A stretch of 64,000 nt of DNA, from contig NZ_JAKFEO010000015.1 of NCBI RefSeq assembly GCF_036675665.1, forward strand, positions 70,889 to 134,888, written 5' to 3'. Of this stretch, positions 8,172 through 19,823 are shown one piece after another. Positions within the stretch are counted from its first letter, which is position 1; each line of letters begins with the position of its first letter. Source of the stretch: Hydrogenophaga sp. GTDB lineage: Bacteria; Pseudomonadota; Gammaproteobacteria; Burkholderiales; Burkholderiaceae_C. The notes below the pieces were generated by a model. It had not been told where the DNA came from and did not search any database. It saw only the letters and a list, made by a program, of their open reading frames with translations. The position numbers and the translations under genes are program-made.

Positions 8172-10820
8172 ATGACACAGTTCGCCAAAGAGACCCTGCC
8201 CATCAGTCTTGAAGAGGAAATGCGCCGCAGCTACCTCGACTACGCAATGAGCGTGATTGTCGGGCGGGCGCTTCCCGATGCACGCGATGGCCTCAAGCCC
8301 GTGCACAGGCGCGTGTTGTTTGCCATGCACGAGCTCAACAACGACTGGAACCGGCCCTACAAGAAATCGGCCCGTATCGTCGGCGATGTCATCGGTAAAT
8401 ACCACCCGCACGGCGACAGCGCGGTGTACGACACGATCGTTCGGATGGCGCAAGATTTTTCGCTCCGTCACATGCTGGTGGATGGACAGGGCAACTTCGG
8501 CTCGGTGGACGGCGACAATGCGGCCGCCATGCGGTACACGGAAATCCGCCTGTCGAAAATCTCGCACGAGATGTTGGCCGACATTGACAAGGAAACCGTC
8601 AACTTCGGCCCCAACTACGATGGCTCTGAAAAGGAGCCCTTGGTACTGCCATCACGTCTGCCCAACTTGCTGGTCAACGGCTCGTCGGGCATTGCGGTGG
8701 GCATGGCCACCAACATTCCGCCGCACAACCTCAACGAAGTGGTTGATGCTTGCCTGCACTTGCTCAAGCAGCCCGATGCATCGATCGATGAGTTGATGGA
8801 GATCATCCCGGCGCCCGACTTCCCCACGGCCGGCATCATCTACGGCATCAATGGCGTGAAGGATGGCTATCGTACGGGCCGCGGCCGGGTTGTGATGCGC
8901 GCGAAGTGCCACTTTGAAGACATCGACCGCGGTCAGCGCCAGTCGATCATCGTGGACGAGCTCCCATACCAAGTCAACAAGAAGACTCTGCAGGAGCGCA
9001 TTGCCGAGCTGGTGCACGAAAAGAAGATCGAGGGCATCAGCCACATCCAGGACGAGTCGGACAAATCGGGCATGCGCCTGGTGATCGAGCTCAAGCGGGG
9101 CGAAGTGCCGGAGGTGGTGCTCAACAACCTGTACAAGCAAACACAACTGCAGGACACCTTCGGCATCAACATGGTGGCGCTGGTCGACGGCCAACCCCGT
9201 TTGTGCAACCTCAAGGATCTGATCCAGGTGTTCCTGGAGCACCGCCGTGAGGTCGTGACCCGTCGCACCGTGTTCAACCTTCGCAAGGCACGCGAACGGG
9301 GTCATGTGCTTGAAGGCCTGGCAGTGGCACTGGCCAACATTGACGATTTCATCAAGATCATTCGCGAATCGCCCACGCCCCCCGTGGCAAAAGCCGAACT
9401 GATGGCACGTCCGTGGGACAGCCAACTCGTGCGCGAGATGCTCACCCGCACGCGCAGCGATGGCGGCGTGATCAACGCCGACGATTACAGACCCGACGGC
9501 CTGGAGAAGGCGTTCGGCATGGGCGGTGACGGTCTGTACCGGCTTTCCGAGACACAGGCGCAGGAAATCCTGCAGATGCGCCTGCAGCGCCTGACCGGCC
9601 TGGAGCAGGACAAGATCGTCGCTGAGTACAAGGAGGTCATGGGCGAGATCGACGATCTGCTCGACATCCTGTCCAAACCCGAGCGCGTCTCGACCATCAT
9701 CGGCGACGAGCTGGTGGTGGTGAAGCAGGAGTTCGGCCAGACCAAGCTCGGTGCGCGCCGCAGCGAAATCGAGCACAACGCGCAAGACCTGGCCACCGAG
9801 GACCTGATCACGCCCACCGACATGGTGGTCACACTCAGCCACAGCGGTTACATCAAGAGCCAGCCGCTCTCCGAGTATCGGGCGCAAAAGCGCGGCGGGC
9901 GGGGCAAACAAGCCACCGCCACGAAGGAAGACGACTGGATCGATCAACTCTTCATCGCCAACACACACGACTACATCCTGTGCTTCTCCAACCGCGGTCG
10001 GCTTTACTGGCTCAAGGTGTGGGAAGTGCCTGCGGGTTCGCGCGGCTCGCGCGGTCGACCGATCGTCAACATGTTCCCGCTGCAGGAAGGCGAGAAGATC
10101 AATGTTGTGTTGCCACTGACGGGCGAGATGCGCACGTTCCCATCAGACCGCTATGTGTTCATGGCGACGAGCATGGGTACCGTCAAGAAAACCGCACTGG
10201 ATGAATTCAGCAATCCGCGCAAGGCGGGCATCATCGCGGTGGACCTGGACGAAGGCGACTTCCTGGTCGGGGCTGCGCTCACCGATGGCCAACACGATGT
10301 GATGCTGTTCAGCGACGGCGGCAAAGCCGTGCGATTTGACGAGAACGACGTGCGCCCCATGGGCCGCAACGCACGTGGTGTGCGCGGCATGATGATTGAA
10401 GAGACCCAAAGCGTGATCGCCATGCTGGTGGCCGAAGACGAGTATCAGAGCGTGCTGACCGCGACCATCAACGGCTACGGCAAACGCACGCCGATCTCCG
10501 AATACACCCGCCATGGCAGAGGCACCAAGGGCATGATCGCCATCCAGCAAAGCGAGCGCAACGGCAAGGTGGTGGCCGCCACGCTGGTGCACACCGACGA
10601 CGAGATCATGTTGATCACCGACAAGGGCGTGCTGGTGCGCACCCGGGTCGCCGAGATCCGTGAAATGGGACGCGCCACGCAAGGCGTCACACTGATCGCG
10701 CTGGATGAAGGTGCCGAACTCTCGGGCCTGCAGCGCATCGTTGAGAACGATGCCAATGTGCCAGAGCTTGACGACTCGAATGAGACGAACGAGGTCGACG
10801 ATCCGGGCACTGAAGCGTGA
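8172..10820 (+). CDS. gyrA: DNA gyrase subunit A
   Basis: Lies inside ORF 8133..10820(+), with the start at [49 protein letters not shown] (ATG 8172). It includes the AAMRYTE active-site Tyr region and the QRDR motif [10 protein letters not shown]. Confidence 0.97.
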   Translation: MTQFAKETLPISLEEEMRRSYLDYAMSVIVGRALPDARDGLKPVHRRVLFAMHELNNDWNRPYKKSARIVGDVIGKYHPHGDSAVYDTIVRMAQDFSLRHMLVDGQGNFGSVDGDNAAAMRYTEIRLSKISHEMLADIDKETVNFGPNYDGSEKEPLVLPSRLPNLLVNGSSGIAVGMATNIPPHNLNEVVDACLHLLKQPDASIDELMEIIPAPDFPTAGIIYGINGVKDGYRTGRGRVVMRAKCHFEDIDRGQRQSIIVDELPYQVNKKTLQERIAELVHEKKIEGISHIQDESDKSGMRLVIELKRGEVPEVVLNNLYKQTQLQDTFGINMVALVDGQPRLCNLKDLIQVFLEHRREVVTRRTVFNLRKARERGHVLEGLAVALANIDDFIKIIRESPTPPVAKAELMARPWDSQLVREMLTRTRSDGGVINADDYRPDGLEKAFGMGGDGLYRLSETQAQEILQMRLQRLTGLEQDKIVAEYKEVMGEIDDLLDILSKPERVSTIIGDELVVVKQEFGQTKLGARRSEIEHNAQDLATEDLITPTDMVVTLSHSGYIKSQPLSEYRAQKRGGRGKQATATKEDDWIDQLFIANTHDYILCFSNRGRLYWLKVWEVPAGSRGSRGRPIVNMFPLQEGEKINVVLPLTGEMRTFPSDRYVFMATSMGTVKKTALDEFSNPRKAGIIAVDLDEGDFLVGAALTDGQHDVMLFSDGGKAVRFDENDVRPMGRNARGVRGMMIEETQSVIAMLVAEDEYQSVLTATINGYGKRTPISEYTRHGRGTKGMIAIQQSERNGKVVAATLVHTDDEIMLITDKGVLVRTRVAEIREMGRATQGVTLIALDEGAELSGLQRIVENDANVPELDDSNETNEVDDPGTEA

Positions 10821-11926
10821 TGGCGCGCCCCTTCAACTTCTCAGCTGGCCCGGCGGCCATGCCCACCGAAGTGTTGCAGCAAGCCGCTGACGAGATGCTC
10901 GACTGGCGCGGCAGCGGCATGAGCGTGATGGAGATGAGCCACCGCGGCAAGGAGTTCAGCGCCATCATTGAGGCAGCAGAAGCCGATCTGCGTGAACTGC
11001 TGGCAGTGCCAGCAGAGTTCCGTATCTTGTTCATGCAAGGTGGCGGACTGGCCGAGAACGCCATCGTGCCGCTCAACCTCTCGCGCGGCGGCAAGGTGGA
11101 CTTTGTGGTCACCGGGAGCTGGAGCGAGAAGTCCATCAAGGAAGCAGCGCGCTACGCTCAACCCGTGCTGGCGGCCAGCAACGCCGATTCCGGCCACACC
11201 ACCTTGCCTTCGCCCGCCACCTGGAAGCTCAGCGCAGACGCTCAGTACGTGCACATCTGCAGCAACGAAACCATCCACGGCATCGAATTCCACGAATTGC
11301 CCAACCTCAAGGCTTTGGGCAGCAACGCGCCGCTGGTGATCGATTTTTCCTCCCATGTGGCATCGCGACCGGTGGACTGGTCGCGCGTGGGCCTGGCCTT
11401 TGGAGGCGCTCAAAAGAACCTGGGCCCGGCTGGTGTGACTCTCGTGGTCGTTCGCGAAGAACTGCTGGGCCATGCCCTGCCCGTCTGCCCGAGCGCATTC
11501 GACTACAAGACTGTGGCGGCGAATGCCTCGATGTACAACACGCCGCCCACCTTCAGCATCTACGTGGCCGGCCTTACCTTTCAATGGCTCAAGCGACAGA
11601 CCGAAGGTGGCCTGAGCGGCGTGGCGGCCATGGAGCAACGCAACATCGCCAAGGCCTCGCTGCTCTACGACTTCATTGACGCCTCCGCTTTCTACTTGAA
11701 CAAGGTCGCGCCCAACTGCCGTTCGCGCATGAACGTTCCGTTCTTTCTGCGCGACGAAGCCCTGAACGATGCATTTCTGGCCGGCGCCAAGGGCGCGGGC
11801 CTGTTGCAACTCAAGGGGCACAAATCGGTGGGCGGGATGCGCGCGAGCATCTACAACGCCATGCCGCTGGAAGGCGTGCAAACGCTGGTGCAATACATGC
11901 GCGACTTTGAAAAAACACGGGCCTGA
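10820..11926 (+). CDS. serC: phosphoserine aminotransferase
   Basis: ORF 10817..11926(+). The N-terminus [22 protein letters not shown] and the motif [10 protein letters not shown] are present. The GTG at 10817 and the ATG at 10820 overlap the gyrA stop, suggesting translational coupling. Confidence 0.95.
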   Translation: MARPFNFSAGPAAMPTEVLQQAADEMLDWRGSGMSVMEMSHRGKEFSAIIEAAEADLRELLAVPAEFRILFMQGGGLAENAIVPLNLSRGGKVDFVVTGSWSEKSIKEAARYAQPVLAASNADSGHTTLPSPATWKLSADAQYVHICSNETIHGIEFHELPNLKALGSNAPLVIDFSSHVASRPVDWSRVGLAFGGAQKNLGPAGVTLVVVREELLGHALPVCPSAFDYKTVAANASMYNTPPTFSIYVAGLTFQWLKRQTEGGLSGVAAMEQRNIAKASLLYDFIDASAFYLNKVAPNCRSRMNVPFFLRDEALNDAFLAGAKGAGLLQLKGHKSVGGMRASIYNAMPLEGVQTLVQYMRDFEKTRA

Positions 11927-11950
11927 CCCCAGGCCTCAGAACCCGAAGAC

Positions 11951-13048
11951 ATGACCCAACCCACTCAGTCAGATGCCCTGGCGGTCCTGCGCGTCCAGAT
12001 CGACGCGCTGGACCAGCAGTTGCTGTCGTTGCTCAACGAGCGTGCGCGCGTGGCCGAGGAAGTCGGCGTCATCAAGCGGCAAGAAGGTTCGCCATTTTTC
12101 AGACCGGACCGCGTGGCCCAGGTGATCGAAAAAATCCAGGGTGCCAATCAAGGCCCTCTCCTGAACCAGCATGTGGCATCGATCTGGCGCGAAATCATGT
12201 CGGCCTGCCTCGCGCTCGAAGCACCGCAGCGCGTGGCGGTGCTGGGCCCGCAGGGCACTTTCTGCGAGCAGGCAGCCATCGAGTTCTTCGGCAGCGCGGC
12301 CAACCTGATCTACTGCGCCGACTTCGACGAGGTGTTCCACGCCACCGCCGCCGGCACCGCGCAATTTGGTGTGGTGGGCATGGAGAACTCCACCGAGGGT
12401 GTGGTGGCACGGTCGCTGGACCTGTTCCTGCGTTCGCCCGTGCATGTGGTGGGTGAAGTGAGCCTGCTGGTGCGTCACAACCTGCTGCGCCAGCTCAACA
12501 CGCTGGACGGCATCGAAGTGGTCATGGCGCATCCCCAGGCCTTGGCCCAGTGCCAGAACTGGCTCTCGCAGCACCTGCCCAAGGCCGAAAAGCGGGCGGT
12601 CTCCAGCAATGCCGAAGGCGCTCGGCTTGCGGCCACCAATCCTGCTTGGGCCGGCATCGCCAGTGAGCGCGCTGCTGCTCAATTCGGCTTGCACATCGTC
12701 TCGCACGCCATCCAGGACGAGGCCTACAACCGCACGCGCTTTGCCGTGATCGCCTTGCCCCAGACGCTGGCCATGCCGCCTGCCTCGGGACGCGACTGCA
12801 CCAGCCTGGTGGTGTCGGTCCCCAATCGGCCAGGGGCGGTGCACGACCTGTTGGTGCCTCTCAAGAACAACGGTGTCTCGATGACGCGTTTCGAGTCGCG
12901 ACCGGCGAAATCCGGACAGTGGGAGTACTACTTCTATATCGACATCGCAGGCCACCCATCGCAGCCCAATGTGGCCGCCGCCCTACAAGAACTGCAAGGC
13001 CTGTGCGCTTTCTACAAGGTGCTGGGCGCGTACCCGGTGAACGAATGA
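11951..13048 (+). CDS. pheA: bifunctional chorismate mutase / prephenate dehydratase
   Basis: ORF 11951..13048(+). It has an N-terminal CM domain (LRVQIDALDQQLLSLLNERARVA), a PDT domain, and a C-terminal ACT domain with the ESRP motif (MTRFESRPAK). Confidence 0.93.
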   Translation: MTQPTQSDALAVLRVQIDALDQQLLSLLNERARVAEEVGVIKRQEGSPFFRPDRVAQVIEKIQGANQGPLLNQHVASIWREIMSACLALEAPQRVAVLGPQGTFCEQAAIEFFGSAANLIYCADFDEVFHATAAGTAQFGVVGMENSTEGVVARSLDLFLRSPVHVVGEVSLLVRHNLLRQLNTLDGIEVVMAHPQALAQCQNWLSQHLPKAEKRAVSSNAEGARLAATNPAWAGIASERAAAQFGLHIVSHAIQDEAYNRTRFAVIALPQTLAMPPASGRDCTSLVVSVPNRPGAVHDLLVPLKNNGVSMTRFESRPAKSGQWEYYFYIDIAGHPSQPNVAAALQELQGLCAFYKVLGAYPVNE

Positions 13049-13926
13049 TGTTTGAACAACTGGGATTGATCGGCTGCGGCATGATGGGCGGCTCGTTTGC
13101 GCTGGCTCTCAAGCGCGCCGGTCTGGTCAAACGCGTGGTCGGCTACAGCAAGTCTCCCTCCACCACCGAAAGGGCACGCCAGCTGGGTGTGATCGACGTT
13201 GAAGCCCCCTCTGCGTTGCTGGCCGTCTCGGGCGCTGATCTGGTGCTGCTCGCCGTGCCCGTGTCGGCCACCGAAGCCACCTTCAAGGCCATCCGGCACT
13301 TGGTGCGCGGTGACGTGCTGATCATGGATGTGGGATCGACCAAACGCGAAGTAATCGATGCGGCGCGACGCGTGCTCAAGGACCAGGTGGGCGTGTTCGT
13401 GCCAACGCATCCGATCGCGGGCAAGGAACTCGCCGGTGTCGACCATGCAGATCCCGATCTGTACAAGGGCCGTCAGGTCATCCTCACGCCGATCGAGCGC
13501 ACGCTCACGGCGCAACTGGACAAGGCACACAAGGTCTGGACCGCCCTGGGTTGCCACGTCAAGCAGATGTCGCCCGAAGCGCACGACGCTGCCTACGCAG
13601 CGGTGAGCCACTTGCCCCACCTGGTGGCGTTTGCCTTGATGAACGGCATCCAGAGCCAACAACAGGCGGCAGACTTCCTGTCGCTGGCCGGCCCAGGCTT
13701 TCGCGATTTCACGCGCATTGCGGCCAGCGACGCCGCCATCTGGCGCGACATCCTCATGTCCAATCGCGAAGAACTCCTGGCACAGTCTCGATTTTTTCAG
13801 CGGGCTTTGCATGCGTTGGAGACGGCCATCAATGCCGACAACCCGGACGCGCTGGAAGCCCTCATTGACCAAGCCAGCAGTGCCCGCGCCCATTGGCGCA
13901 TGACCGCCATCAAGCCCCAGAGCTGA
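13045..13926 (+). CDS. tyrA: prephenate dehydrogenase
   Basis: Lies inside ORF 12919..13926(+), with the start at [26 protein letters not shown] (Rossmann GxGxxG). The ATGA overlap with the pheA stop suggests coupling. Confidence 0.88.
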   Translation: MMFEQLGLIGCGMMGGSFALALKRAGLVKRVVGYSKSPSTTERARQLGVIDVEAPSALLAVSGADLVLLAVPVSATEATFKAIRHLVRGDVLIMDVGSTKREVIDAARRVLKDQVGVFVPTHPIAGKELAGVDHADPDLYKGRQVILTPIERTLTAQLDKAHKVWTALGCHVKQMSPEAHDAAYAAVSHLPHLVAFALMNGIQSQQQAADFLSLAGPGFRDFTRIAASDAAIWRDILMSNREELLAQSRFFQRALHALETAINADNPDALEALIDQASSARAHWRMTAIKPQS

Positions 13927-13963
13927 GCGACGCACGCTGCGGCGTTCTCGCGTCACCGCGCAC

Positions 13964-15973
13964 ATGTACTCCATTCCGTTCCTCGACATTCCTCCGCTGG
14001 CCACGGCTGACGGCACCGTACGCCTGCCGGGCTCCAAGAGCATCTCCAACCGGGTGCTCTTGCTGGCAGCCTTGAGCGAGGGTCACACCGACGTGACCGA
14101 CCTCCTGGACTCCGACGACACGCAAGTCATGCTGGACGCCCTGCGCCAGCTCGGCTGCAGGATCGAGCCACAACCCGACGGCGCCTTGCGTGTCCATGGC
14201 CTGGGCGGCGTCCTCCCGGTGCGACACGCGCGGTTGTTTCTGGGCAATGCAGGTACGGCCATGCGCCCCCTGACCGCTGCACTGGCTTTGCTGGCGTCGA
14301 CACACGGTGCCGAGTTCGAGCTCAGTGGCGTCCCGCGCATGCATGAGCGACCCATTGGTGACCTGGTGGATGCCCTGCGCCAACTGGGCTGCGCCGTGGA
14401 CTGCCTGGGCCAGGAAGGCTATCCGCCGCTCAAGCTCGGTGCGGGCACACCCCTTGCGCTGCAACTCGACCAGCCCATCCGCGTGCGGGGCGACGTCTCC
14501 AGCCAGTTCCTCACGGCGCTGCTGCTGGCCCTGCCGCTGGTGGCGCAGAAGCAAGGCGTCGTCATCGATGTCGTGGGCGAACTGATTTCGCGCCCATACA
14601 TCGAAATCACGCTGAACCTGCTCTCTCGTTTCGGTGTGCATGTGCAACGGGATGGCTGGCAACGTTTCACCATCCCTGCCGGTAGCCGCTACTGCTCGCC
14701 GGGGCGCATACCCGTCGAGGGCGACGCGTCATCGGCCAGCTACTTCATCGCGCTGGGTGCCATCGCGCATAGCACGCACGGCATCACCATCGAAGGCGTC
14801 GGTCTGGCCTCGATCCAGGGGGACATCCGGTTCGTCGAAGCGGCCAGACTCATGGGCGCCGAGATCACCGGAGAAGCCAATCACCTGCGCATTCGCCGTT
14901 GCGCGTGGCCACTCAAGGCCATCGACCTCGACTGCAACCACATCCCGGACGCCGCCATGACGTTGGCCGTGATGGCGCTCTATGCCGACGGCACCACCAC
15001 GCTGCGCAATATCGCCAGCTGGCGCGTGAAGGAAACCGACCGCATCGCCGCCATGGCCAACGAATGCCGCAAACTGGGTGCCACGGTGGAAGAAGGCACC
15101 GACTTCATCCGCATCACGCCGCCCACCACTTGGCGCTCCGCGAGCATCCACACCTACGACGACCACCGGGTGGCGATGTGCTTCTCACTGGCCAGCTTCA
15201 ACCCGGCGGGCCTGCCGGTGCGCATTGAAGATCCGAAATGCGTCGCCAAGACTTTTCCCGACTACTTCGAGACCTTGTTCGAGGTTTGCAGCACGCCAGC
15301 CCAAGCCATCCCAGTCATCTGCATTGACGGCCCCACGGCTTCCGGCAAGGGCACGTTGGCCTCTGAAGTGGCGCAGCGCCTGGGCTACCACCTGCTCGAC
15401 TCCGGCGCACTGTACCGGGCAACCGCGCTCGCAGCGCAAGACGCCGGCGTGTCGCTGGACGACGAACCCGCCCTGGCCCGCCTGGCCGCACAGCTGCCGC
15501 TGGCTTTCCGTGACCACAAGGTGTTTCTGGGTGGTCGCGACATCACCGACCCGCTGCGACTGGAATCCACCGGCGGCATGGCGTCCCGGGTATCCCAACA
15601 CCTGGCGGTGCGATCTGCCCTGTATGCCCTCCAGCAAAGCTTCCGGCGCCTGCCCGGTCTGGTGGCCGACGGGCGTGACATGGGCACGGTGATCTTCCCG
15701 GACGCGGCTTTGAAGGTGTTCCTGACCGCCACCGCCGAGCAGCGCGCCGAGCGGCGCCATAAGCAATTGATTTCAAAGGGAATTGCTGCTAACATCGACA
15801 GTCTTTTGGCAGACCTGCGAACGCGTGATTTGAGGGACTCATCCCGCACACACGCACCTCTCAAGCCGGCCGAAGACGCCTTGAAACTGGACAACTCCGA
15901 ACTGGACATCGAGCAATCGGTGCAAGTGGTGATGAACTGGTGGCAGGGCAAAACGGCGTTCTCGGGGAGCTGA
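13964..15973 (+). CDS. aroA-cmk: fused 3-phosphoshikimate 1-carboxyvinyltransferase (EPSP synthase) / cytidylate kinase
   Basis: A single 669-aa ORF. The first ~440 aa are AroA ([20 protein letters not shown] ... [11 protein letters not shown]). The frame then runs without a stop into Cmk ([38 protein letters not shown]). Confidence 0.93.
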   Translation: MYSIPFLDIPPLATADGTVRLPGSKSISNRVLLLAALSEGHTDVTDLLDSDDTQVMLDALRQLGCRIEPQPDGALRVHGLGGVLPVRHARLFLGNAGTAMRPLTAALALLASTHGAEFELSGVPRMHERPIGDLVDALRQLGCAVDCLGQEGYPPLKLGAGTPLALQLDQPIRVRGDVSSQFLTALLLALPLVAQKQGVVIDVVGELISRPYIEITLNLLSRFGVHVQRDGWQRFTIPAGSRYCSPGRIPVEGDASSASYFIALGAIAHSTHGITIEGVGLASIQGDIRFVEAARLMGAEITGEANHLRIRRCAWPLKAIDLDCNHIPDAAMTLAVMALYADGTTTLRNIASWRVKETDRIAAMANECRKLGATVEEGTDFIRITPPTTWRSASIHTYDDHRVAMCFSLASFNPAGLPVRIEDPKCVAKTFPDYFETLFEVCSTPAQAIPVICIDGPTASGKGTLASEVAQRLGYHLLDSGALYRATALAAQDAGVSLDDEPALARLAAQLPLAFRDHKVFLGGRDITDPLRLESTGGMASRVSQHLAVRSALYALQQSFRRLPGLVADGRDMGTVIFPDAALKVFLTATAEQRAERRHKQLISKGIAANIDSLLADLRTRDLRDSSRTHAPLKPAEDALKLDNSELDIEQSVQVVMNWWQGKTAFSGS

Positions 15974-16157
15974 GCGCGCTGCACAAACGGCCCTGACGGC
16001 ACAGCCGGGCGCTCCCAGCCCGCATGCTCGACGGTTCTTTTCAACCAACCCCGCGGTGTTTCGCACCGCAATGTCAACGCCGCCCACACGTCGATCCCTG
16101 CGCAAACCGAGTCACACCGGTTGAAGGCGCCGACGCTGAGTGGTTTTAGGAAATTCA

Positions 16158-17843
16158 ATGTCTGAATCTTTTGCCGCCCTGTTCGAAGAATCCCTGAAAC
16201 GCGCCGAAATGCGCTCGGGCGAAGTCATCACCGCTGAAGTCGTTCGCATCGAACACAGCCACGTGGTGGTCAACGCCGGTCTGAAGTCGGAAGCCTATGT
16301 GCCGCTGGCCGAATTCAAGAACGACCTGGGTGAACTCGAAGTGCAGGTCGGAGACTTCGTCTCCGTTGCAATCGACTCCGTGGAAAACGGTTTCGGCGAC
16401 ACCCTGCTGTCGCGCGACAAGGCCAAGCGCCTGGCCTCGTGGATGTCCCTGGAGAAAGCACTCGAATCGGGTGAATTCGTCACCGGCACGACGTCCAGCA
16501 AGGTCAAGGGCGGCCTGAAGGTCATGGTCAACGGCATCAGCGCCTTCCTGCCGGGCTCGCTGGTCGACAGCCGTCCCACCAAGGACCTGACCCCGTACGA
16601 GAACAAGACCCTGGAATTCAAGGTCATCAAGCTCGACCGCAAGCGCAACAACGTGGTGCTGAGCCGCCGCGCCGTGGTGGAAGCCTCCATGGGCGAGGAA
16701 CGCGCCAAGTTGATGGACACCCTGAAAGAAGGCGCCATCGTGCACGGCGTGGTCAAGAACATCACCGAATACGGTGCGTTCGTGGACCTCGGCGGCATCG
16801 ACGGTCTGCTGCACATCACCGACATGGCATGGCGTCGCGTGCGCCACCCGAGCGAAGTGGTGCAGGCTGGCCAGGAAATCACCGCCAAGATCCTGAAGTT
16901 CGATACCGAGAAGCACCGTGTCTCGCTGGGCCTCAAGCAGATGGGCGACGACCCCTGGATGGGCGTTGCCCGCCGCTACCCACAAAGCACCCGCATGTTC
17001 GGCAAGATCACCAACATCGCCGACTACGGCGCGTTCGTGGAACTCGAGCCAGGCATCGAGGGCCTGGTGCATGTGTCCGAAATGGACTGGACCAACAAGA
17101 ACGTGGCGCCTTCCAAGCTGGTGTCGCTGGGTGACGAAGTCGAAGTCATGGTGCTCGACATCGACGAAGACAAGCGCCGCATCTCGCTGGGCATGAAGCA
17201 GTGCCGTGCCAACCCATGGCACGAGTTTGCTGAACAGACCAAGCGCGGTGACCGCGTCAAGGGCCCGATCAAGTCGATCACCGACTTCGGCGTGTTCGTG
17301 GGACTGGCCGCCGGCATCGACGGCCTGGTTCACCTGTCCGACCTGTCGTGGAACGAAACCGGCGAAGCCGCTGTGCGCAACTACAAGAAGGGCCAGGAAG
17401 TCGAAGCCATCGTGCTGGCCATCGATGTGGAGCGCGAGCGCATCTCTCTGGGCATCAAGCAACTCGACGGCGACCCGTTCACCACCTTCGTGTCGGTGAA
17501 TGACAAGGGCTCCATCGTGACCGGCAAGGTCAAGACCGTCGACGCCAAAGGCGCCGAGATCGACCTGGGTGAAGACGTGTTGGGCTACCTGCGCGCCAGC
17601 GAAATCAGCCGTGACCGTGTGGAAGACGCACGCAACATGCTGAAAGAAGGCGACGAAGTCACCACCGTGGTGGTGAACATCGACCGCAAGACGCGCAACA
17701 TCCAGTTGTCCATCAAGGCCAAGGATGCCGCTGACCAGCAGGAAGCCATGGCGACCCTGAGCCAGCAGTCCTCGCGCGAAAGCGCCGGCACCACCAGCCT
17801 GGGCGCCCTGCTGCGCGCCAAGCTGGACAACAACAACGGCTAA
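16158..17843 (+). CDS. rpsA: 30S ribosomal protein S1
   Basis: Lies inside ORF 16140..17843(+), with the start at [13 protein letters not shown] (ATG 16158). It contains six S1 repeats (e.g. [22 protein letters not shown]). Confidence 0.97.
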   Translation: MSESFAALFEESLKRAEMRSGEVITAEVVRIEHSHVVVNAGLKSEAYVPLAEFKNDLGELEVQVGDFVSVAIDSVENGFGDTLLSRDKAKRLASWMSLEKALESGEFVTGTTSSKVKGGLKVMVNGISAFLPGSLVDSRPTKDLTPYENKTLEFKVIKLDRKRNNVVLSRRAVVEASMGEERAKLMDTLKEGAIVHGVVKNITEYGAFVDLGGIDGLLHITDMAWRRVRHPSEVVQAGQEITAKILKFDTEKHRVSLGLKQMGDDPWMGVARRYPQSTRMFGKITNIADYGAFVELEPGIEGLVHVSEMDWTNKNVAPSKLVSLGDEVEVMVLDIDEDKRRISLGMKQCRANPWHEFAEQTKRGDRVKGPIKSITDFGVFVGLAAGIDGLVHLSDLSWNETGEAAVRNYKKGQEVEAIVLAIDVERERISLGIKQLDGDPFTTFVSVNDKGSIVTGKVKTVDAKGAEIDLGEDVLGYLRASEISRDRVEDARNMLKEGDEVTTVVVNIDRKTRNIQLSIKAKDAADQQEAMATLSQQSSRESAGTTSLGALLRAKLDNNNG

Positions 17844-17912
17844 GCACGAATGCTGGCGTCTGATCAGACACATACCTCACGGCGTGTGTTCTGACCGGAC
17901 GCCGGTCCTTGA

Positions 17913-18257
17913 ATGCCCAAGCCCAAACCCGAACACATGACCCGCAGCGACCTTGTTGAAGCGTTGGCCAGCCGATTTGGTCAGCTCACCCACCGCGACG
18001 CCGAGTTCGCCGTCAAGGCCATCCTCGATGCCATGGGCGACGCACTGGTCAAAGGCCATCGGATCGAGATCCGCGGCTTTGGCAGCTTTTCGGTCAATCG
18101 CCGCTCCCCCCGCGTGGGACGCAACCCGCGTTCTGGCGAGAGCGTGATGATTCCCGAGAAGCGTGTACCGCACTTCAAGCCGGGCAAGGCCCTGCGCGAA
18201 CAGGTGGACGCCAAGACGGCCGAGATTCTCGGGCGCGAACCGAAGAAACCGACGTGA
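17913..18257 (+). CDS. ihfB: integration host factor beta subunit
   Basis: ORF 17913..18257(+). It shows [14 protein letters not shown]...[47 protein letters not shown]. The true start may be the Met at 17937. Confidence 0.9.
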   Translation: MPKPKPEHMTRSDLVEALASRFGQLTHRDAEFAVKAILDAMGDALVKGHRIEIRGFGSFSVNRRSPRVGRNPRSGESVMIPEKRVPHFKPGKALREQVDAKTAEILGREPKKPT

Positions 18258-18316
18258 TGGCCGCTGCCTTGGCGGCGACCTGATCGCTACAATCGGCCCA
18301 CCACAAAGGGGACGAT

Positions 18317-18622
18317 TTGAAATACCTGATGTGGCTGCTCAACGCAGCCATTTTTTTTGTTTTGTTCGCCTTCGCGCTGAACAACCAGGACAGCGTGACG
18401 CTCAACCTGTTCTTTGGTGCCAGTTGGCAGGCGCCGCTGGTGCTCGTCATACTGGTCGCACTCGTGCTCGGCGTGTTCCTCGGCGTGCTGGTCATGCTGC
18501 CACTGTGGCTGCGGGCCAAACGCTCGCGGCGCCGCGCTGCGTCGGCCATCGCGGCCAGCACCTCCTTCGACGCAGACTCCACACTATTTCCAGACCCCAG
18601 CGACCGCCGCCATGGACTTTGA
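18317..18622 (+). CDS. lapA: lipopolysaccharide assembly protein A (YciS-like small membrane protein)
   Basis: A 101-aa ORF with two TM helices, lying directly upstream of lapB and overlapping it. Confidence 0.7.
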   Translation: MKYLMWLLNAAIFFVLFAFALNNQDSVTLNLFFGASWQAPLVLVILVALVLGVFLGVLVMLPLWLRAKRSRRRAASAIAASTSFDADSTLFPDPSDRRHGL

Positions 18623-19757
18623 TTTCACATGGCTGCTGTGGGGTCTGCCCCTGGCGTTTGCTGCGGGCTGGGGAGCCTCCCGCCTGGATCTTCGTCAATG
18701 GCGCATGGAAAGCCGCCAGGCGCCCAAGGCTTACTTCCGCGGCCTGAACCACCTGCTGAATGAACAGCAGGACCAGGCGATCGACGCTTTCATTGAGGCG
18801 GTGCAAGGCGACCCTGACACAGCGGAGTTGCACTTTGCGCTGGGCAACCTGTTCAGGCGCCGTGGCGACTATGACCGCGCCGTGCGAGTGCATGAACACC
18901 TGCTCTCGCGAGCCGACATCAGCCACAAAGACCGCGACCGCGCCCAGCATGCCCTGGCCCTGGACTTCCTCAAGGCGGGACTGCTGGACCGTGCTGAGGC
19001 CGCTCTCAACAAACTCGAGGGCTCGGCGTTCGAAGGCGAGGCCTTGCTGGCATTGCTGGGCATTTACGAGCGTTCACGCGATTGGCCGCGGGCCAAGGAG
19101 ATCGCCCAAAGGCTGGAGGCCGCCGAGCAAGGCAGCTTCTCCACGCGACTGGCCCACTACCTCTGCGAAGAAGCTGAAATTGCCCAACAGGGCGGCGACA
19201 GCACGCAGGCCTTGCGCCTCCTGGAAGAGGCTGTGCAGCGGGCACCACAGCTCTCACGAGGTTGGATGGCTCTGTCTGCACAGAAGGCCCAGGGTGGCGA
19301 CGCCGCAGGCGCGCTGGACGCCCTGTTCCATCTCAACCAGCATGCTCCACAGGGATTGCCGCTGGCGGCCCACTCACTCGCCGACCTGGCCCGGCAAACC
19401 GGACGCCAGGCAGAGGCTGTCAAGGTGCTGCAGGCAAGCCACGAGCGAGCGCCGTCGATCGACATCACGCAAGCCCTGGCCAGCCTGAGCCTCAACCCTG
19501 AGGTCATGCGCAACCACTACCTCAACCACCTGGAACGCGAGCCCTCACTGGTCATCACCGCGCAGTGGTTGGCGGGAGAAACATTGTCAAGTGAACGCGC
19601 ACAAGCACGGGTGCAACAGGCCTTGGAGCAAGCGAGCGCGCCATTGCGGCGCTACCGCTGCGCAGCCTGCGGTTTTGAGGCCCGCCAACACTTCTGGCAG
19701 TGTCCTGGTTGCCAGACCTGGGACAGTTACCCGGCCCGCCGGGTCGAAGAGTTGTAG
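18612..19757 (+). CDS. lapB: lipopolysaccharide assembly protein B (TPR plus rubredoxin-type zinc finger)
   Basis: Lies inside ORF 18414..19757(+), with the start at MDFDFTWLLWGLPLAFAAGW (ATG 18612). It has TPR repeats and a C-terminal CAACGFEARQHFWQCPGCQTWDSYP. Confidence 0.85.
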   Translation: MDFDFTWLLWGLPLAFAAGWGASRLDLRQWRMESRQAPKAYFRGLNHLLNEQQDQAIDAFIEAVQGDPDTAELHFALGNLFRRRGDYDRAVRVHEHLLSRADISHKDRDRAQHALALDFLKAGLLDRAEAALNKLEGSAFEGEALLALLGIYERSRDWPRAKEIAQRLEAAEQGSFSTRLAHYLCEEAEIAQQGGDSTQALRLLEEAVQRAPQLSRGWMALSAQKAQGGDAAGALDALFHLNQHAPQGLPLAAHSLADLARQTGRQAEAVKVLQASHERAPSIDITQALASLSLNPEVMRNHYLNHLEREPSLVITAQWLAGETLSSERAQARVQQALEQASAPLRRYRCAACGFEARQHFWQCPGCQTWDSYPARRVEEL

Positions 19758-19808
19758 CCAGGGGCAACACCTGCGGTCCGGCCCAAGCCGGTTCCGCAGT
19801 TTCTGAAG
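19758..19808 (+). repeat. double-hairpin intergenic repeat, copy E (5'-truncated)
   Basis: ccaggggcaacacctgcggtccggcccaagccggttccgcagtttctg aligns with the 3' two-thirds of copies A-D. It contains the nested hairpin CTGCGG..CCGGC-ccaa-GCCGG..CCGCAG. It lies between convergent lapB and the oxoprolinase gene, co-oriented with lapB. Confidence 0.6.
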
Positions 19809-19823
19809 CGAGCTTTGCGCTCG

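Noticed and set aside
8652-9968. Long antisense ORFs opposite gyrA (8652..9968), rpsA (16155..17873), aldehyde dehydrogenase (45620..47413), the sigma-54 activator (49209..51554), the ADH (60440..61804), serC, pheA, tyrA and others
   Set aside because: All mirror strongly supported genes on the other strand and show the Arg/Gly/His/Ala-rich low-information composition of GC-rich shadow ORFs. None has an RBS or a known motif.
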